A stretch of DNA of 63,007 nt. Source: Planctomycetota bacterium (GTDB lineage Bacteria > Planctomycetota > Planctomycetia > Pirellulales > Thermoguttaceae). The DNA lies in the NCBI GenBank assembly GCA_029549885.1, contig JAKPII010000434.1:1-63007 (forward strand), read 5' to 3'. Within the stretch, counting starts at the first letter, position 1; each line of letters begins with the position of its first letter. The position numbers were made by a program, and so were the translations under genes. The notes under the pieces are model-generated. The model had not been told where the DNA came from. It did not search any database and saw nothing but the letters and a program-made list of their open reading frames with translations. Of the stretch, positions 48,560-58,933 are shown one piece after another.

Positions 48560-49471
48560 TCACTCCGGCCAAAACACGATCTGCGGGGCCAACAGATCGT
48601 CCTCCGTGGGACTGCGAATGGCGACCTGAAACGCCGGCCGCAGCGCACCGGCGGCCCAAAGGCCATCTTTTCGCAATGCGATAAAAGCCGCCTGCTGCTT
48701 GGGCAAGGGGTGACAAACGTCGGCAATTCGCTGAAGGGCAGTCCTGATGGCGTCCTTGGGCAGCTTTCCTTGGCGCATTTCCTCCACGATAAGGAATGTC
48801 CCGCAGACCCGCATGATCAGTTCGCCGTGACCGGTTCCCACGGCGGCGCCGACGTCCGGATCCACATAAAGCCCGTGCCCGATGATGGGCGAGTCGCCCA
48901 CCCGACCCGGCAGTTTGAAGGCCAAGCCACTGGTGGAGCACCCCCCGGCCAGGTTCCCCGCCGCGTCCTGTGCCAAGACACCGATGGTGTCGTGATTGCT
49001 ACGTGAATCTGCGGTGGTTGAGGCAACGCTTGCCTCGGCGGCGGTTTGTCCCTGGCGATTCTGTCGCCCCTTCCATTCCTCCCAGGCACGCCTTGCCCGA
49101 TCGGTCAGCAAATCTCGACGCGTGAACCCCTCCGCGGCGGCGAATTCTTCCGCCTTAGGGCCGACGAGGAGGACGTGCGAGGTCTTTTCCATGACACGTC
49201 GGGCCACGGAGATCGCCGGAATGAACCCCCGCAGACAGGCGACCGCCCCACAGCGAGAAGGGGCCACCATGATGAGAGCGTCTAAGGTCACCTCGCCCGA
49301 CGCATCCGGGAAGCCGCCGTAACCGACGCTGGTCACTTCTGGGTCTTCCTCAACCGCCGCGCAGGCCCTTTCTACGGCATCCAGGGCAGAGCCACCGTTT
49401 TCCAAGATGGGCCAGCCCGTCACGTTGGCGATCCGACCAAAATGCCATGTACTGAGAATCAAGGCCGACAT
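48560..49471 (-). CDS. N4-(beta-N-acetylglucosaminyl)-L-asparaginase (Ntn hydrolase)
   Basis: STW, SVGYGGFPD, HDTIG autoproteolysis site, STSG and GRVGDSPIIG. Confidence 0.88.
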   Translation of the reverse strand: MSALILSTWHFGRIANVTGWPILENGGSALDAVERACAAVEEDPEVTSVGYGGFPDASGEVTLDALIMVAPSRCGAVACLRGFIPAISVARRVMEKTSHVLLVGPKAEEFAAAEGFTRRDLLTDRARRAWEEWKGRQNRQGQTAAEASVASTTADSRSNHDTIGVLAQDAAGNLAGGCSTSGLAFKLPGRVGDSPIIGHGLYVDPDVGAAVGTGHGELIMRVCGTFLIVEEMRQGKLPKDAIRTALQRIADVCHPLPKQQAAFIALRKDGLWAAGALRPAFQVAIRSPTEDDLLAPQIVFWPE

Positions 49472-49822
49472 TGTCACCTCGCACAGAAGGATGGTTTCAG
49501 ATGATTATGCTATTTTGACGCAGAACGCGGTAGTGACCAACACTACGTCCAGACGCCAGCAGGGGGCTTTTCGCGATCATTTTGGCGGCAGTGTCCAACG
49601 ACGATTCGTAGCGATTCTGCTGGGCCATGCGCTGCGGTAGCCGTGGCGCACTTGTGCGGGCCGAAGGTTGGGGCTTTTGCCGGATTACGGGCTTGGGGAA
49701 AATTGACAAACTGAATATTTTGCGCAAACTTATGTTAGCGACTACCCTCTCACTCTTGAGCGTTGGTCGCAAGTGGCGCCGCAGTTGCGGGGTGTGTGCC
49801 AGGATCTTTTCTGGAGACAACC

Positions 49823-50521
49823 ATGATGAATCCTTTCTGGAAAAACGACGAGCAGCTCTTTGCGGTGTTTCGGCAAGAGCTTTCCACGGCCATCGTGGGC
49901 GAGGTGCTCGACCAGATGGGCCTCAACGCGCAGTTTTTGCCGGGCTGTATTCGGCCGCTCGATCCGCGGATGGTGGTGGTCGGTCGGGCGATGCCGGTCC
50001 TCTTTGCCGACTGTTTTGAGACGTTTTCGCCCAGCGGCTTGAATCCCGTTTTTGCTAAACCCTTTGGCTTGATGCTGGAGGCCCTGGATGATTTGCGTCC
50101 CATGGAGGTGTTTGTAGCAACCGGTGGCCGAAGCGAACTGGCCATGTGGAGTGAATTGATGACGGTGCGGGCCGTCCGACTGGGCGCGGCCGGGGCCTTA
50201 GTCGATGGGTGCGTCCGGGATACGAATGCCCTCAGCCGTTTTTCCTTCCCCATCTTTTCTCGTGGTGCCTTTGCCCAGGACCAGCGGACACGTGGAAAAG
50301 TCGTTGACTTTCGCGTGGCCGTGCAAATCGGCAATGTGCGGGTACGGCCGGGTGATATCATCTTTGGCGATCACGAAGGGGTGTGTATCCTCCCGCAAGG
50401 TTCGGAGGGTGACGTGGTTGAGGCGGCATTGCAGCGACTACAAAAGCGAGCGGAGGCCCGCCGCGAACTCGAATCTGGTTCCACCGCTGTGGAAGTTTTC
50501 GCCAAACACAATATGATATAG
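49823..50521 (+). CDS. RraA/HMG-aldolase family protein
   Basis: VVGRAMPV, ELM, DGCVRD and VRPGDIIFGD.EGV. Confidence 0.8.
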   Translation: MMNPFWKNDEQLFAVFRQELSTAIVGEVLDQMGLNAQFLPGCIRPLDPRMVVVGRAMPVLFADCFETFSPSGLNPVFAKPFGLMLEALDDLRPMEVFVATGGRSELAMWSELMTVRAVRLGAAGALVDGCVRDTNALSRFSFPIFSRGAFAQDQRTRGKVVDFRVAVQIGNVRVRPGDIIFGDHEGVCILPQGSEGDVVEAALQRLQKRAEARRELESGSTAVEVFAKHNMI

Positions 50522-50700
50522 GGCGAATGACGGAGGCGTGATCCTGCGCAGGAGGCGGTCGGGCATTGCCCGAGATGATCGCCGCATCCAACCCTCTGTG
50601 GAGGCTGGATCGTCATACCAAAGGATTGTGTGTCCGGATGATTGTCACGGAAGAAAGGGATCGTATTCGCGGAAAGGCCTTGAAGGCCGGGGGGACGATC

Positions 50701-52746
50701 ATGCTCACTGTACTGTTTGTCCTGCTGGGTACCGTCACGGTTAGTGAACCTGCCAACGAGTGGGTGGTTTTGCCGGGTCATTCGCAGCTTGCCGACCCCC
50801 AATCCATGATGACGACGTATCTGCTGGGGAAAATTGCCGAGGCAGAAAAGCGGTGGCGGGAGGCCTACGAAAAACGCACAAATCTGGAAGAGATCAAAGC
50901 GCATCAGGCCTTCTTAAAGGAGGAGTTCCTGCGGAGAATTGGTGGCCTGCCGGAGCGAACACCGCTCAATTCTCAAATTGTTGGCCGACTTGAGCGCCGC
51001 GGTTACCGAGTGGAAAAAGTGATCTTCGAAAGCCAACCGAAGCATTTTGTGACGGCGGCGCTCTTTTTGCCGGATCCCAACAAGTTCAAACCACCGTATG
51101 CAGCCGTTTTGGTTCCGTGTGGGCATTCCAACGAAGCCAAGGCCTATCGCAACTACGCGGGTTTCGGGGCCTTGTGCGCGTTTAATGGGCTGGCAGCATT
51201 GGTCTTTGATCCCATCGACCAGGGAGAACGTCATCAGTGGCGCGATCCTGATGGAAAGTTCACCCTATGGGGAACAGCCGGACATAATATGATCGGCGTC
51301 GGTTCCATTCTTTTGGGCCGCAACACCGCACGCTACGAAATCTGGGATGGCATGCGTGCCATCGACTATCTGCAATCGCGGCCCGATATCGATCCAGACA
51401 AGATCGGTTGCTCGGGAATTAGTGGCGGCGGGACGCAGACGGCCTACCTCATGGCACTTGATCCCCGCATCAAAGCGGCTGCCCCGGGCTGCTACATTTG
51501 CAGTCTCTATGGTCGACTGATCAAGACCAACGGACCTCAAGACGCGGAGCAGAATATCTACGGACAATTGGCCCTGGGGATGGATCATGCCGACTACTGC
51601 ATGATGCGGGCACCGGCCCCGACCCTTCTTTTGACGGCGACTAGAGACTACTTCGACATCGAAGATGCCTGGATGTCCTTCCGCATGGCGAAGCGGCTTT
51701 ATGGTCGCCTGGGGTATCCGGAACGAATGGAACTTGCCGAGACAGACGAGAAGCACGGCTTCAGCATTCAACTGCGTGAGGCCTCTGTGCGGTGGATGCT
51801 CCGTTGGCTGGCGGGGCGAGATGAGGCGGTCTTTGAACCTTCCGATCTGGATGTCCCAACGCCGGCGGAGCTCCAATGCACGCCACAAGGCGAGGTCATG
51901 CTCCTAGAAGGGGCCCGCTCGGTTTACGATCTCAACCGTGATTACGCCAAAGAGTTGGCGGTGCGACGTCAGAAACTGTGGCAAAGCACGCCGCAGGAAG
52001 AATTGATCAACAAGGTTGCCCAGATTGTGGGCTTGCGGCGACTGGCCGAGTTACCCCAGCCGGAGGTCGTGGCTTGTGGAACAGTTCGCACCGAGGTTTG
52101 CGACGTGGAAAAGCTCATTTTTCGGCCTGAACCGGGGATTGAATTGCCCGCCCTCTGTTTCAAGCCGCGCGATCGAAAGCCATCCGCGGGCGTCATCTAC
52201 ATCCACGAGGATGGCAAGGCAGCCGACGCCGGTCCGGGAGGGCCCATCGAAAAGCTCGTTCGGGATGGCAAACTCGTCCTGGCGGTCGATCTTCGTGGAT
52301 TGGGCGAGACGCAGCGGACGGGCCAAACCTATTTCCGCCCACAATATCACGGCCCCGATGGCCAGGATTTTTATCTCGCTTATCACCTGGAAAAGTCCTA
52401 TGTGGGCATGCGGGCGGAAGATCTGCTAGTCGTGGCACGCTGGGTTAAACAGGAGCGGTTACCCGCCGATGTTCCCTTGGAAGTGGTGTCGGTCGGCTAT
52501 TTGAATAGCGTGGCACTGCATGCGGCGGTAAGAGAGCTGGGGCTTTTCAGCCATCTCACGCTAGTACGACCGATGATGTCTTGGCACAATGTGGTCGAGC
52601 TGGGCTTTAGTAAAAATCGCTTGGTAAATACGGTTCACGGGGCACTAGAGGTTTACGATTTGCCCGATCTGGTTCGGGTTCTCGGCGATCGGGTGACGAT
52701 CATCGATCCACTCGACGCCATGGGTGAACCCTGGAAGGAGTCGTGA
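50701..52746 (+). CDS. Alpha/beta hydrolase (acetylxylan esterase-like, two domains)
   Basis: PCGH, DPIDQGER, nucleophile elbow GISGGG, and a second domain with VDLRGLGET. Confidence 0.75.
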   Translation: MLTVLFVLLGTVTVSEPANEWVVLPGHSQLADPQSMMTTYLLGKIAEAEKRWREAYEKRTNLEEIKAHQAFLKEEFLRRIGGLPERTPLNSQIVGRLERRGYRVEKVIFESQPKHFVTAALFLPDPNKFKPPYAAVLVPCGHSNEAKAYRNYAGFGALCAFNGLAALVFDPIDQGERHQWRDPDGKFTLWGTAGHNMIGVGSILLGRNTARYEIWDGMRAIDYLQSRPDIDPDKIGCSGISGGGTQTAYLMALDPRIKAAAPGCYICSLYGRLIKTNGPQDAEQNIYGQLALGMDHADYCMMRAPAPTLLLTATRDYFDIEDAWMSFRMAKRLYGRLGYPERMELAETDEKHGFSIQLREASVRWMLRWLAGRDEAVFEPSDLDVPTPAELQCTPQGEVMLLEGARSVYDLNRDYAKELAVRRQKLWQSTPQEELINKVAQIVGLRRLAELPQPEVVACGTVRTEVCDVEKLIFRPEPGIELPALCFKPRDRKPSAGVIYIHEDGKAADAGPGGPIEKLVRDGKLVLAVDLRGLGETQRTGQTYFRPQYHGPDGQDFYLAYHLEKSYVGMRAEDLLVVARWVKQERLPADVPLEVVSVGYLNSVALHAAVRELGLFSHLTLVRPMMSWHNVVELGFSKNRLVNTVHGALEVYDLPDLVRVLGDRVTIIDPLDAMGEPWKES

Positions 52747-52979
52747 TCCAGCCCGGGACCTATTAGCCGCTGGGCGCATGGAGAGCGCCGCGGGACGCGT
52801 GATCCACAACGGGATGCCGCGGGTGCCTATTTGCGTGATCTAGCTAAAGAAGGACGGGCCAAGTCAGTTTTTGGGACACTGTTGACCCGGGAAGTGGGGG
52901 AGCCTAGATTTAGGTTAAGGCAGTATTCCGAGGCTTTGTGGGCCGTACCGGCTGCGTTCATAATGTCCCCGCGAACAGG

Positions 52980-53552
52980 ATGACCTGGACGTATTTCAAA
53001 CGTTATCGTATGGAGATCGCTCTCCAGCAGCGAGAGTTGGTGGAGCCGCCGGCCCCGCCCGGCTATTCGTTTCTGCCTTGGCGCGAAGACCTTCTCGACA
53101 TCCATGCCCGGGTCAAGCATTTGAGTTTTCGCGGGGAGATCGACGCGCAAATTTTTCCCTGCTTTCTTGATGAGAACAGTTGTCGTCGGCTGATGCTGGC
53201 GATTGTCCGCAAACCGGGTTTTTTGCCCCAGGCCACTTGGTTGGCCGTCTTTTCGTACCAAGTTGAGGGGAAGATTTACCAGGAGTATTGCGGCACGATT
53301 CAGGGAATCTACGATGCCGAAACGAGGATGGGGTCGATTCAAAATGTGGGCGTGATTCCCGGCCACCGAGACCGCGGCATTGGGCAGGGGTTGCTGTATC
53401 GCTGCTTGCGGGGGTTTCAGCAGGCGGGGGCTGACCGTGTTTCGCTGGAGGTCACGGCGGAAAACGAAGGTGCCATCCGCCTTTATCGACGGGTCGGTTT
53501 CGAGATCATGCGGACCGTCTATAAGGTGGCCGAACTCCCCAGCGCCAGGTAA
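52980..53552 (+). CDS. GNAT-family N-acetyltransferase
   Basis: VGVIPGHRDRGIG (acetyl-CoA motif A) and NEGAIRLYRRVGF. Confidence 0.85.
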   Translation: MTWTYFKRYRMEIALQQRELVEPPAPPGYSFLPWREDLLDIHARVKHLSFRGEIDAQIFPCFLDENSCRRLMLAIVRKPGFLPQATWLAVFSYQVEGKIYQEYCGTIQGIYDAETRMGSIQNVGVIPGHRDRGIGQGLLYRCLRGFQQAGADRVSLEVTAENEGAIRLYRRVGFEIMRTVYKVAELPSAR

Positions 53553-53620
53553 AATTGTTTCGTCTTCATCCGAAGGGTGCCGAAGCACTGTGATGCCATC
53601 TTCGTAAAAGGAGCTATATC

Positions 53621-54544
53621 ATGCGCTACACCCGACGCACGTTTTTGGCCGAAGCGACGGCAACGGGAACTGGTCTTGTGCTGGGAATCTCGGCGGTATC
53701 GTCGGGGCCCCAAGGGGTGGCGGCCCAGGCTTCGCGGGATCCGACGGCCATCGTCCCCCTGGGAAAACACCTCAAGGCCAGCCGGATCGGTATTGGCTTT
53801 GGCATGCGGGGATACAATCGGCAGTCGAATCTCTCGCGGCGAGGGCTTGACCATGCCGAACGGGTCGTTCGCTACGCCTACGATGTGGGTATCCGCTTTT
53901 TCGACAACGCCGACCTGTACGGCAGCCACGAATACGTGGCGAAGGCCCTCCGTGGGAAGCCGCGAGACAGCTACGTCCTGAGCACGAAGGTCTGGTTTCA
54001 TCCCACGGGCTTGCCCGAAAAAGAACGCCCCGATGCCGATGTCGCGGTGAAGCGCTTTCTCAAAGAGCTCGAAACCGATTACATCGACCTAGTGCAAATC
54101 CACTGCATGATGAACGGCGAATGGACTCAGACGATGCGGCGGCAGATGGACCTCTTGGAGGAACTTAAGGAAAAGGGTCTGATCAAAGCCCACGGGGTTT
54201 CCTGCCATGCCGTTTCGGCCTTGGAGGCGGCGGCTCAGTCCGATTGGGTCGATGTTGTCCATGCCCGCATCAATCACCTGGGCACCAAGATGGACGACAA
54301 ACCCGAGGTCGTTGTGCCCGTTCTGAAAAGAATTCACGATGCCGGCAAAGGTGTTGTGGGGATGAAGATTATTGGAGAGGGCGCTTTTCGCAACGACCCT
54401 GAATTGCGGGACCGATCGATCGAATTCGCACTCCGCAGCGGCTGTGTCGATGTGATGATCGTGGGGTTTGAAATCCCAGAAGAAATTGACGATTTCAAGC
54501 AACGAGTGGCGGCAGCCCTCGATCGCTTGGCGGAAGTCGCCTGA
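53621..54544 (+). CDS. Tat-exported aldo/keto reductase
   Basis: TRRTFL Tat motif, FDNADLYGS, LSTK, ETDYIDLVQIH and GMK. Confidence 0.85.
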   Translation: MRYTRRTFLAEATATGTGLVLGISAVSSGPQGVAAQASRDPTAIVPLGKHLKASRIGIGFGMRGYNRQSNLSRRGLDHAERVVRYAYDVGIRFFDNADLYGSHEYVAKALRGKPRDSYVLSTKVWFHPTGLPEKERPDADVAVKRFLKELETDYIDLVQIHCMMNGEWTQTMRRQMDLLEELKEKGLIKAHGVSCHAVSALEAAAQSDWVDVVHARINHLGTKMDDKPEVVVPVLKRIHDAGKGVVGMKIIGEGAFRNDPELRDRSIEFALRSGCVDVMIVGFEIPEEIDDFKQRVAAALDRLAEVA

Positions 54545-54599
54545 TGGATTGGATCTCTGAGCGCGATCCAGCGCCGGGGTGTCAATCATTAACCCGGAC

Positions 54600-55883
54600 T
54601 CAGCCCGTGAATCGTTTCACGATCAGGCTGATATTCTGGCCCCCGAATCCAAAGCTGTTGCTTAGGGCCACGTCGCACTTGGCCTCGCGGGCAACGTTGG
54701 GGACGTAGTCGAGGTCGCATTCCGGATCGGGGACCTCGTAATTGATGGTCGGCGGTAGGACGCGATCCCGGATGGCCAACAGGCAAATGATCAGCTCGGT
54801 GGCCCCCGCTGCGGCAATGAGGTGCCCCATCATGCTCTTGGTGCTGGAGACCGGGAGCTTGTAGGCGTAATCGCCAAAGACTTTCTTTATGGCGAGCGTC
54901 TCGACCTTATCGTTGACCACCGTGCTCGTTCCGTGGGCGTTGATATAGTCGATGTCCTCGGGATTGAGGCCCGCATCCCGCAGGGCCATTTGCATGCAAC
55001 TGATAGCACCGCGGCCTTCGGGGTGGGTATCGGTGATGCGGTAGGCATCGGCGGTCGTGCCGTAGCCGACGATCTCACCGTAAATCTTGGCCCCACGGCG
55101 TTTGGCGTGTTCCAGCTCTTCGAGGATGAGCATTCCAGCCCCTTCACCAAGAACGAATCCGTCCCGATTGCGATCGAAGGGGCGCGAGGCCTTTTGCGGG
55201 GGATCGTTTTGGGTACTCAAGGCGGTGAGCAGGCAAAATCCCGTGACCCCGAAGGGGTGAATCATGGTATGCGTTCCACCCGAAAGCATGATGTCGGCCT
55301 CTCCCCGACGAATGATTTCCACCGCCTCGCCGATGGCTTGGCTAGATGCCGCACAGGCCGTGAGGCAATTAATGTTGGGGCCTTGCGCATTGAACAGGGC
55401 GGCCAAGTGTCCCGCCGGCATATTGGGTTCCTGCTCTAGTTCCACGATGGGGTGGAGGATCTCCAGGCCCTTTTTTGTGAACTTGACGAGGTCCAATTCG
55501 CCGTCAACCAAAGCGGCCACCATCATTTGGGTAAAGCGGTCGAAATCCTGCTGGCCTTCGCCGCTACCTGTGTAAATGCCAAACCGCGTGGGATCGATCT
55601 TCGATTCCTCAAGCCCGGAATCTTGCCAGGCCTTTTTGGCGGCGCCGATGGCGAAATGGGTATGGCGTCCCTGGAACTTCCAGTCCTCAGGGTTTTCCCC
55701 GACATCCGAAAGGTCCCAGTTTTTCACTTCGGCGGCGATCTTCGTGGGAAAATGGCTGGCATCGAAGAGGGTGATGTAGTCGATCCCCGACTCACCGTTG
55801 AGCAGACGACGCCAAACCGTCTCCAGGTCGGCGCCCAACGGTGTGACCATACCCATTCCCGTAACAACAACCCGACGTCTCAT
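54600..55883 (-). CDS. fabF: Beta-ketoacyl-ACP synthase II-like
   Basis: RRVVVTG, TACAAS, INAHGTST, KSMMGHL and NSFGFGG (Cys-His-His triad intact). Confidence 0.9.
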   Translation of the reverse strand: MRRRVVVTGMGMVTPLGADLETVWRRLLNGESGIDYITLFDASHFPTKIAAEVKNWDLSDVGENPEDWKFQGRHTHFAIGAAKKAWQDSGLEESKIDPTRFGIYTGSGEGQQDFDRFTQMMVAALVDGELDLVKFTKKGLEILHPIVELEQEPNMPAGHLAALFNAQGPNINCLTACAASSQAIGEAVEIIRRGEADIMLSGGTHTMIHPFGVTGFCLLTALSTQNDPPQKASRPFDRNRDGFVLGEGAGMLILEELEHAKRRGAKIYGEIVGYGTTADAYRITDTHPEGRGAISCMQMALRDAGLNPEDIDYINAHGTSTVVNDKVETLAIKKVFGDYAYKLPVSSTKSMMGHLIAAAGATELIICLLAIRDRVLPPTINYEVPDPECDLDYVPNVAREAKCDVALSNSFGFGGQNISLIVKRFTG

Positions 55884-56025
55884 CTGATATCATACTCCGT
55901 AAGGATAGGACACTTGAGTGTCTTTTGCCTCGATCGCAAATGTGTGGTGGCATCCCTACGATGGATAGGCAGGCCGTCTTGGCCGAGCCGCATCGTCTGG
56001 CCCATGCGATTCACCCCACAGAATG

Positions 56026-56541
56026 CTATGGGGCATCTCGGTCATCGGGCGGTTCCACGAGGGGGGAACCGTCGGCTGCCCGCCCCACTTCGTACGCCCG
56101 CAAAATCCGCATCATATGGGTGAGTGTCCCTGGTCGGAACAACTGCCGACCTGCGAACTCGTCACCCAAATGGGCGAACACCAATTCCAGCTCTGCCTGA
56201 AGTTTATCTCCGAGGTGGCTGGTGGCGTGGACGGCCGCCCCATGGGGGTGGATCGCGTCAATGGTGGCGGTGTAGATCAACGTGTCTCCCGGTTTGGCCT
56301 CGTGATAAAAGACGGCCCGGGGGACTTTGGCCAAGACCACCTTCATCTTGAATTGATTGTATTCCCCCACCAAAAGACCCGCCGTTTGGGCGACGCCTTC
56401 GATGATCAAACTGGGGGGCATGATGGGGTAGCCTGGAAAATGGTCGTGGAGGTGTTCCTCGGCCAAGGAGACGTTTTTCACAGCCTTGGCGTAACGACCA
56501 CTTTCAAACTCGATAAATCGATCGATCCAATACCAGCGCAT
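56026..56541 (-). CDS. FabZ-like beta-hydroxyacyl-ACP dehydratase
   Basis: IDRF, KNVS and HFPGYPIMP.SLIIEGVAQ. Confidence 0.8.
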   Translation of the reverse strand: MRWYWIDRFIEFESGRYAKAVKNVSLAEEHLHDHFPGYPIMPPSLIIEGVAQTAGLLVGEYNQFKMKVVLAKVPRAVFYHEAKPGDTLIYTATIDAIHPHGAAVHATSHLGDKLQAELELVFAHLGDEFAGRQLFRPGTLTHMMRILRAYEVGRAADGSPLVEPPDDRDAP

Positions 56542-56635
56542 ACGTTTTGGCTTTTCCTATCAGCGGCAAAGCAAGCGACCCGGCAGCATCCCGCCCAGTC
56601 GCCCGCAGCCTGGATGCCCCCCGGCGGGTCGCCAA

Positions 56636-57031
56636 TCAGCCGCCTTGCTGTTGCAGCTTAAGCTCGACAAAGCGGCACATATCGGCCACCGTGAGCAGGT
56701 TCGCGAAGTCCTGAACCAACGGATTTCGGGCGAACTGATCAAGCTCCGCGAAGGGCATACGCTTGCGAAGTTCCTCCAGACCGGCCTCGGTGAATTTGCC
56801 GTCCTTCACAAATTGCGGATTGGTCAAAATGTCCTCAGGGAATAACTCACCCCGCGGAATTTTGATGTTGAAGGCCTTTTCCAATTTGAAGACGATGTCA
56901 AGGAAATCGATGGATTCTGCGCCGAGATCCCCCACAAGAGTGGCATCAGGGCGTACTTCTTCCTCGTCCACCGCCAAGGCGTCCATGAGGACTTCCCGTA
57001 CCTTTTGGTAAATCTCCTCCTTTGTCAGCAT
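56636..57031 (-). CDS. Extended acyl carrier protein (131 aa)
   Basis: DLGAESIDFLDIVFKLEKAF (Ppant Ser), with a ~45-aa insertion before the terminal helix LTVADM. Confidence 0.85.
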   Translation of the reverse strand: MLTKEEIYQKVREVLMDALAVDEEEVRPDATLVGDLGAESIDFLDIVFKLEKAFNIKIPRGELFPEDILTNPQFVKDGKFTEAGLEELRKRMPFAELDQFARNPLVQDFANLLTVADMCRFVELKLQQQGG

Positions 57032-57154
57032 TTGGAGTCTCCCTTTGACCAGTCCGAAGTCGCAAATTGGAAAACGTTTCCCGATAATCGTTTCATTTAG
57101 CCGAAATTTGTCGTTTTGCCTAGTCTAGGTAGTCCCCTTTCTGGGGAAGAATTG

Positions 57155-57913
57155 TTAATACCCCCCCAAGCTCAGTCCACCGTCCACACGGATCACCTGG
57201 CCGGTGATATACGACGCATCATCGCTGGCGAGGAAGGCCACGAGTTTGGCGACTTCCTCGGGCGTGCCGATGCGCCGCATAGGGATAATCTCCTTGATTT
57301 TGTTTCCCGCCAAACCGCGGACGGCTTCGCTCATATCGGTGTCGATCATGCCCGGGGCCACGGCATTGACGCGGACGTTCCGCGGGGCCAACTCCTTAGC
57401 CAATGCCCGCGTGAAACCATTGATGCCACCCTTACTGGCGGCGTAATTGACCTGTCCTCGTGAAGAAAACTCGGCCGCGGTGCTGGAGAGGTTGACAATA
57501 CTCCCGCTCCGCTGGGACAACATAAACTGGGCCACCGCTCGACAGCAGTTGAACGTCCCCGTCAGGTTGACCGCCAAAACCTCGTTCCACTGTTCGGCCG
57601 TCATAGTTCCCAGCAGGCCGTCTCGAACGATTCCCGCCGAGTTGACGAGAATGTCGATCTTTCCGCATTGGTTGACGATACGTTCTGCCAATTGTTGAAT
57701 GCGTTCAAAGTCTCGCACGTCGGCTTGCTCTGGATGGACGGTCGCCCCTTGGTCGGCTAACTCGCCGGCCAAACCGGCTGCCGCTAGTTGGTTGCTCTGG
57801 TAGATGAACCAGACCTCAGCCCCGCCCTTGGCCAATTCTGCAACACATGCCCGACCGATCCCCCGGCTTCCACCGGTGACAAGGGCGACTTTTCCTGCGA
57901 ATCGTTGTGTCAT
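57155..57913 (-). CDS. fabG: 3-oxoacyl-ACP reductase
   Basis: TGGSRGIG, NSAGI, YAASK, NAVAPG and ITGQVIRVDGG. Confidence 0.88.
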   Translation of the reverse strand: MTQRFAGKVALVTGGSRGIGRACVAELAKGGAEVWFIYQSNQLAAAGLAGELADQGATVHPEQADVRDFERIQQLAERIVNQCGKIDILVNSAGIVRDGLLGTMTAEQWNEVLAVNLTGTFNCCRAVAQFMLSQRSGSIVNLSSTAAEFSSRGQVNYAASKGGINGFTRALAKELAPRNVRVNAVAPGMIDTDMSEAVRGLAGNKIKEIIPMRRIGTPEEVAKLVAFLASDDASYITGQVIRVDGGLSLGGY

Positions 57914-58058
57914 GTTGGCATATCCTATCGGCTTGATCCCATTTTCAACTGGTGATTTGTTCAGTCAGTGCGAAGAACCCCTCACTCTGTGTCAATGCAA
58001 GATACCAACTGTATCGCACATCATTTGCGGGACAAACAGGTTGGGATAATCCAAAGGG

Positions 58059-58625
58059 TCACTCTGCCGGGGTTATCTGGACCGTTGTGCCTTGAGAAAC
58101 CACGCTTTGCGTCTCTTGCCGCTGCGGGACACCGGCCGTTCCCACGAGGTTTTGAAAATCGGGTGCAATGATCTGGAATAATTTTTTCAAATCCCGCTTG
58201 ATAGATTCGTCCAGCGACCGACACGTCGGGTCACGGTCGGCGAGGTTGTAACGCTCCATGACGATTCGGGCATTAACGCTGTGTCGGCCATTGAGGCGGC
58301 CTTCGGCCTTAAGCTCCGTGAACCGTTCGTCTTGGCTGACCACCTCGACCTTCACGTGGAGAATCTCGCCCGGCTCAATAAACTGCCCAAAACGGACCCG
58401 TTTGGCCTCCTTTAAAATGACAATGCTATGCTGAAAGTCCTCGCTCACACGGATCAGCCAGGCCGCGGCCTGCGTGATCGCCTCGAGGATGAGCACGCCG
58501 GGGAGGACGGGAAAATCGGGAAAGTGGTCGGCGAGATACTCTTCCGCCAGAGAGAGGGCCTTGACAGCGGAAAGTGCCCGCCCCGGTTGCAACTCGACGA
58601 TCCGGTCAATCAGGGAAAAACGCAT
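58059..58625 (-). CDS. FabZ-like beta-hydroxyacyl-ACP dehydratase
   Basis: LIDRI and DHFPDFPVLPGVLILEAITQ. Confidence 0.82.
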   Translation of the reverse strand: MRFSLIDRIVELQPGRALSAVKALSLAEEYLADHFPDFPVLPGVLILEAITQAAAWLIRVSEDFQHSIVILKEAKRVRFGQFIEPGEILHVKVEVVSQDERFTELKAEGRLNGRHSVNARIVMERYNLADRDPTCRSLDESIKRDLKKLFQIIAPDFQNLVGTAGVPQRQETQSVVSQGTTVQITPAE

Positions 58626-58782
58626 AATACTTCAATGTCATCGCTTAAAGGCAGTATGCCCGGCGACGGAAAGCCAAGCTATGGGGAATAAAGAATTTAC
58701 CACCTATGTTAATCCGTTGAGTATAAAAAGAAACCGTTTCCATCACAACACGGCTTTTCCCGAGGTTTGGGAAAAATCCCCC

Positions 58783-58870
58783 GTAGGGGCAGGCCCCTGT
58801 GCCTGCCCCAATTACCCGCCCCGTGCCTGCCCTATTCCACATCCCGTGCCCGCCCTAATTACCTGCCCCG
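58783..58870. repeat. GTAG-REP followed by decayed partial copies
   Basis: GTAGGGGCAGGCCCCTGTGCCTGCCC at 58783-58808, then CCCGTGCCTGCCC, CCCGTGCCCGCCC and ACCTGCCCC. Confidence 0.7.
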
Positions 58871-58933
58871 ATGGCCAAAAACCAACGCGATCCCGGCGTA
58901 TAGTGTTTGTCTCGGGTTTTATGTAAACGTGGA

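Noticed and set aside
49703-49735. TTGACA plus the palindrome TTTGCGCAAA upstream of the RraA-like gene
   Set aside because: There is no good -10 at 16-18 bp and only a single short palindrome, which is too weak to call.
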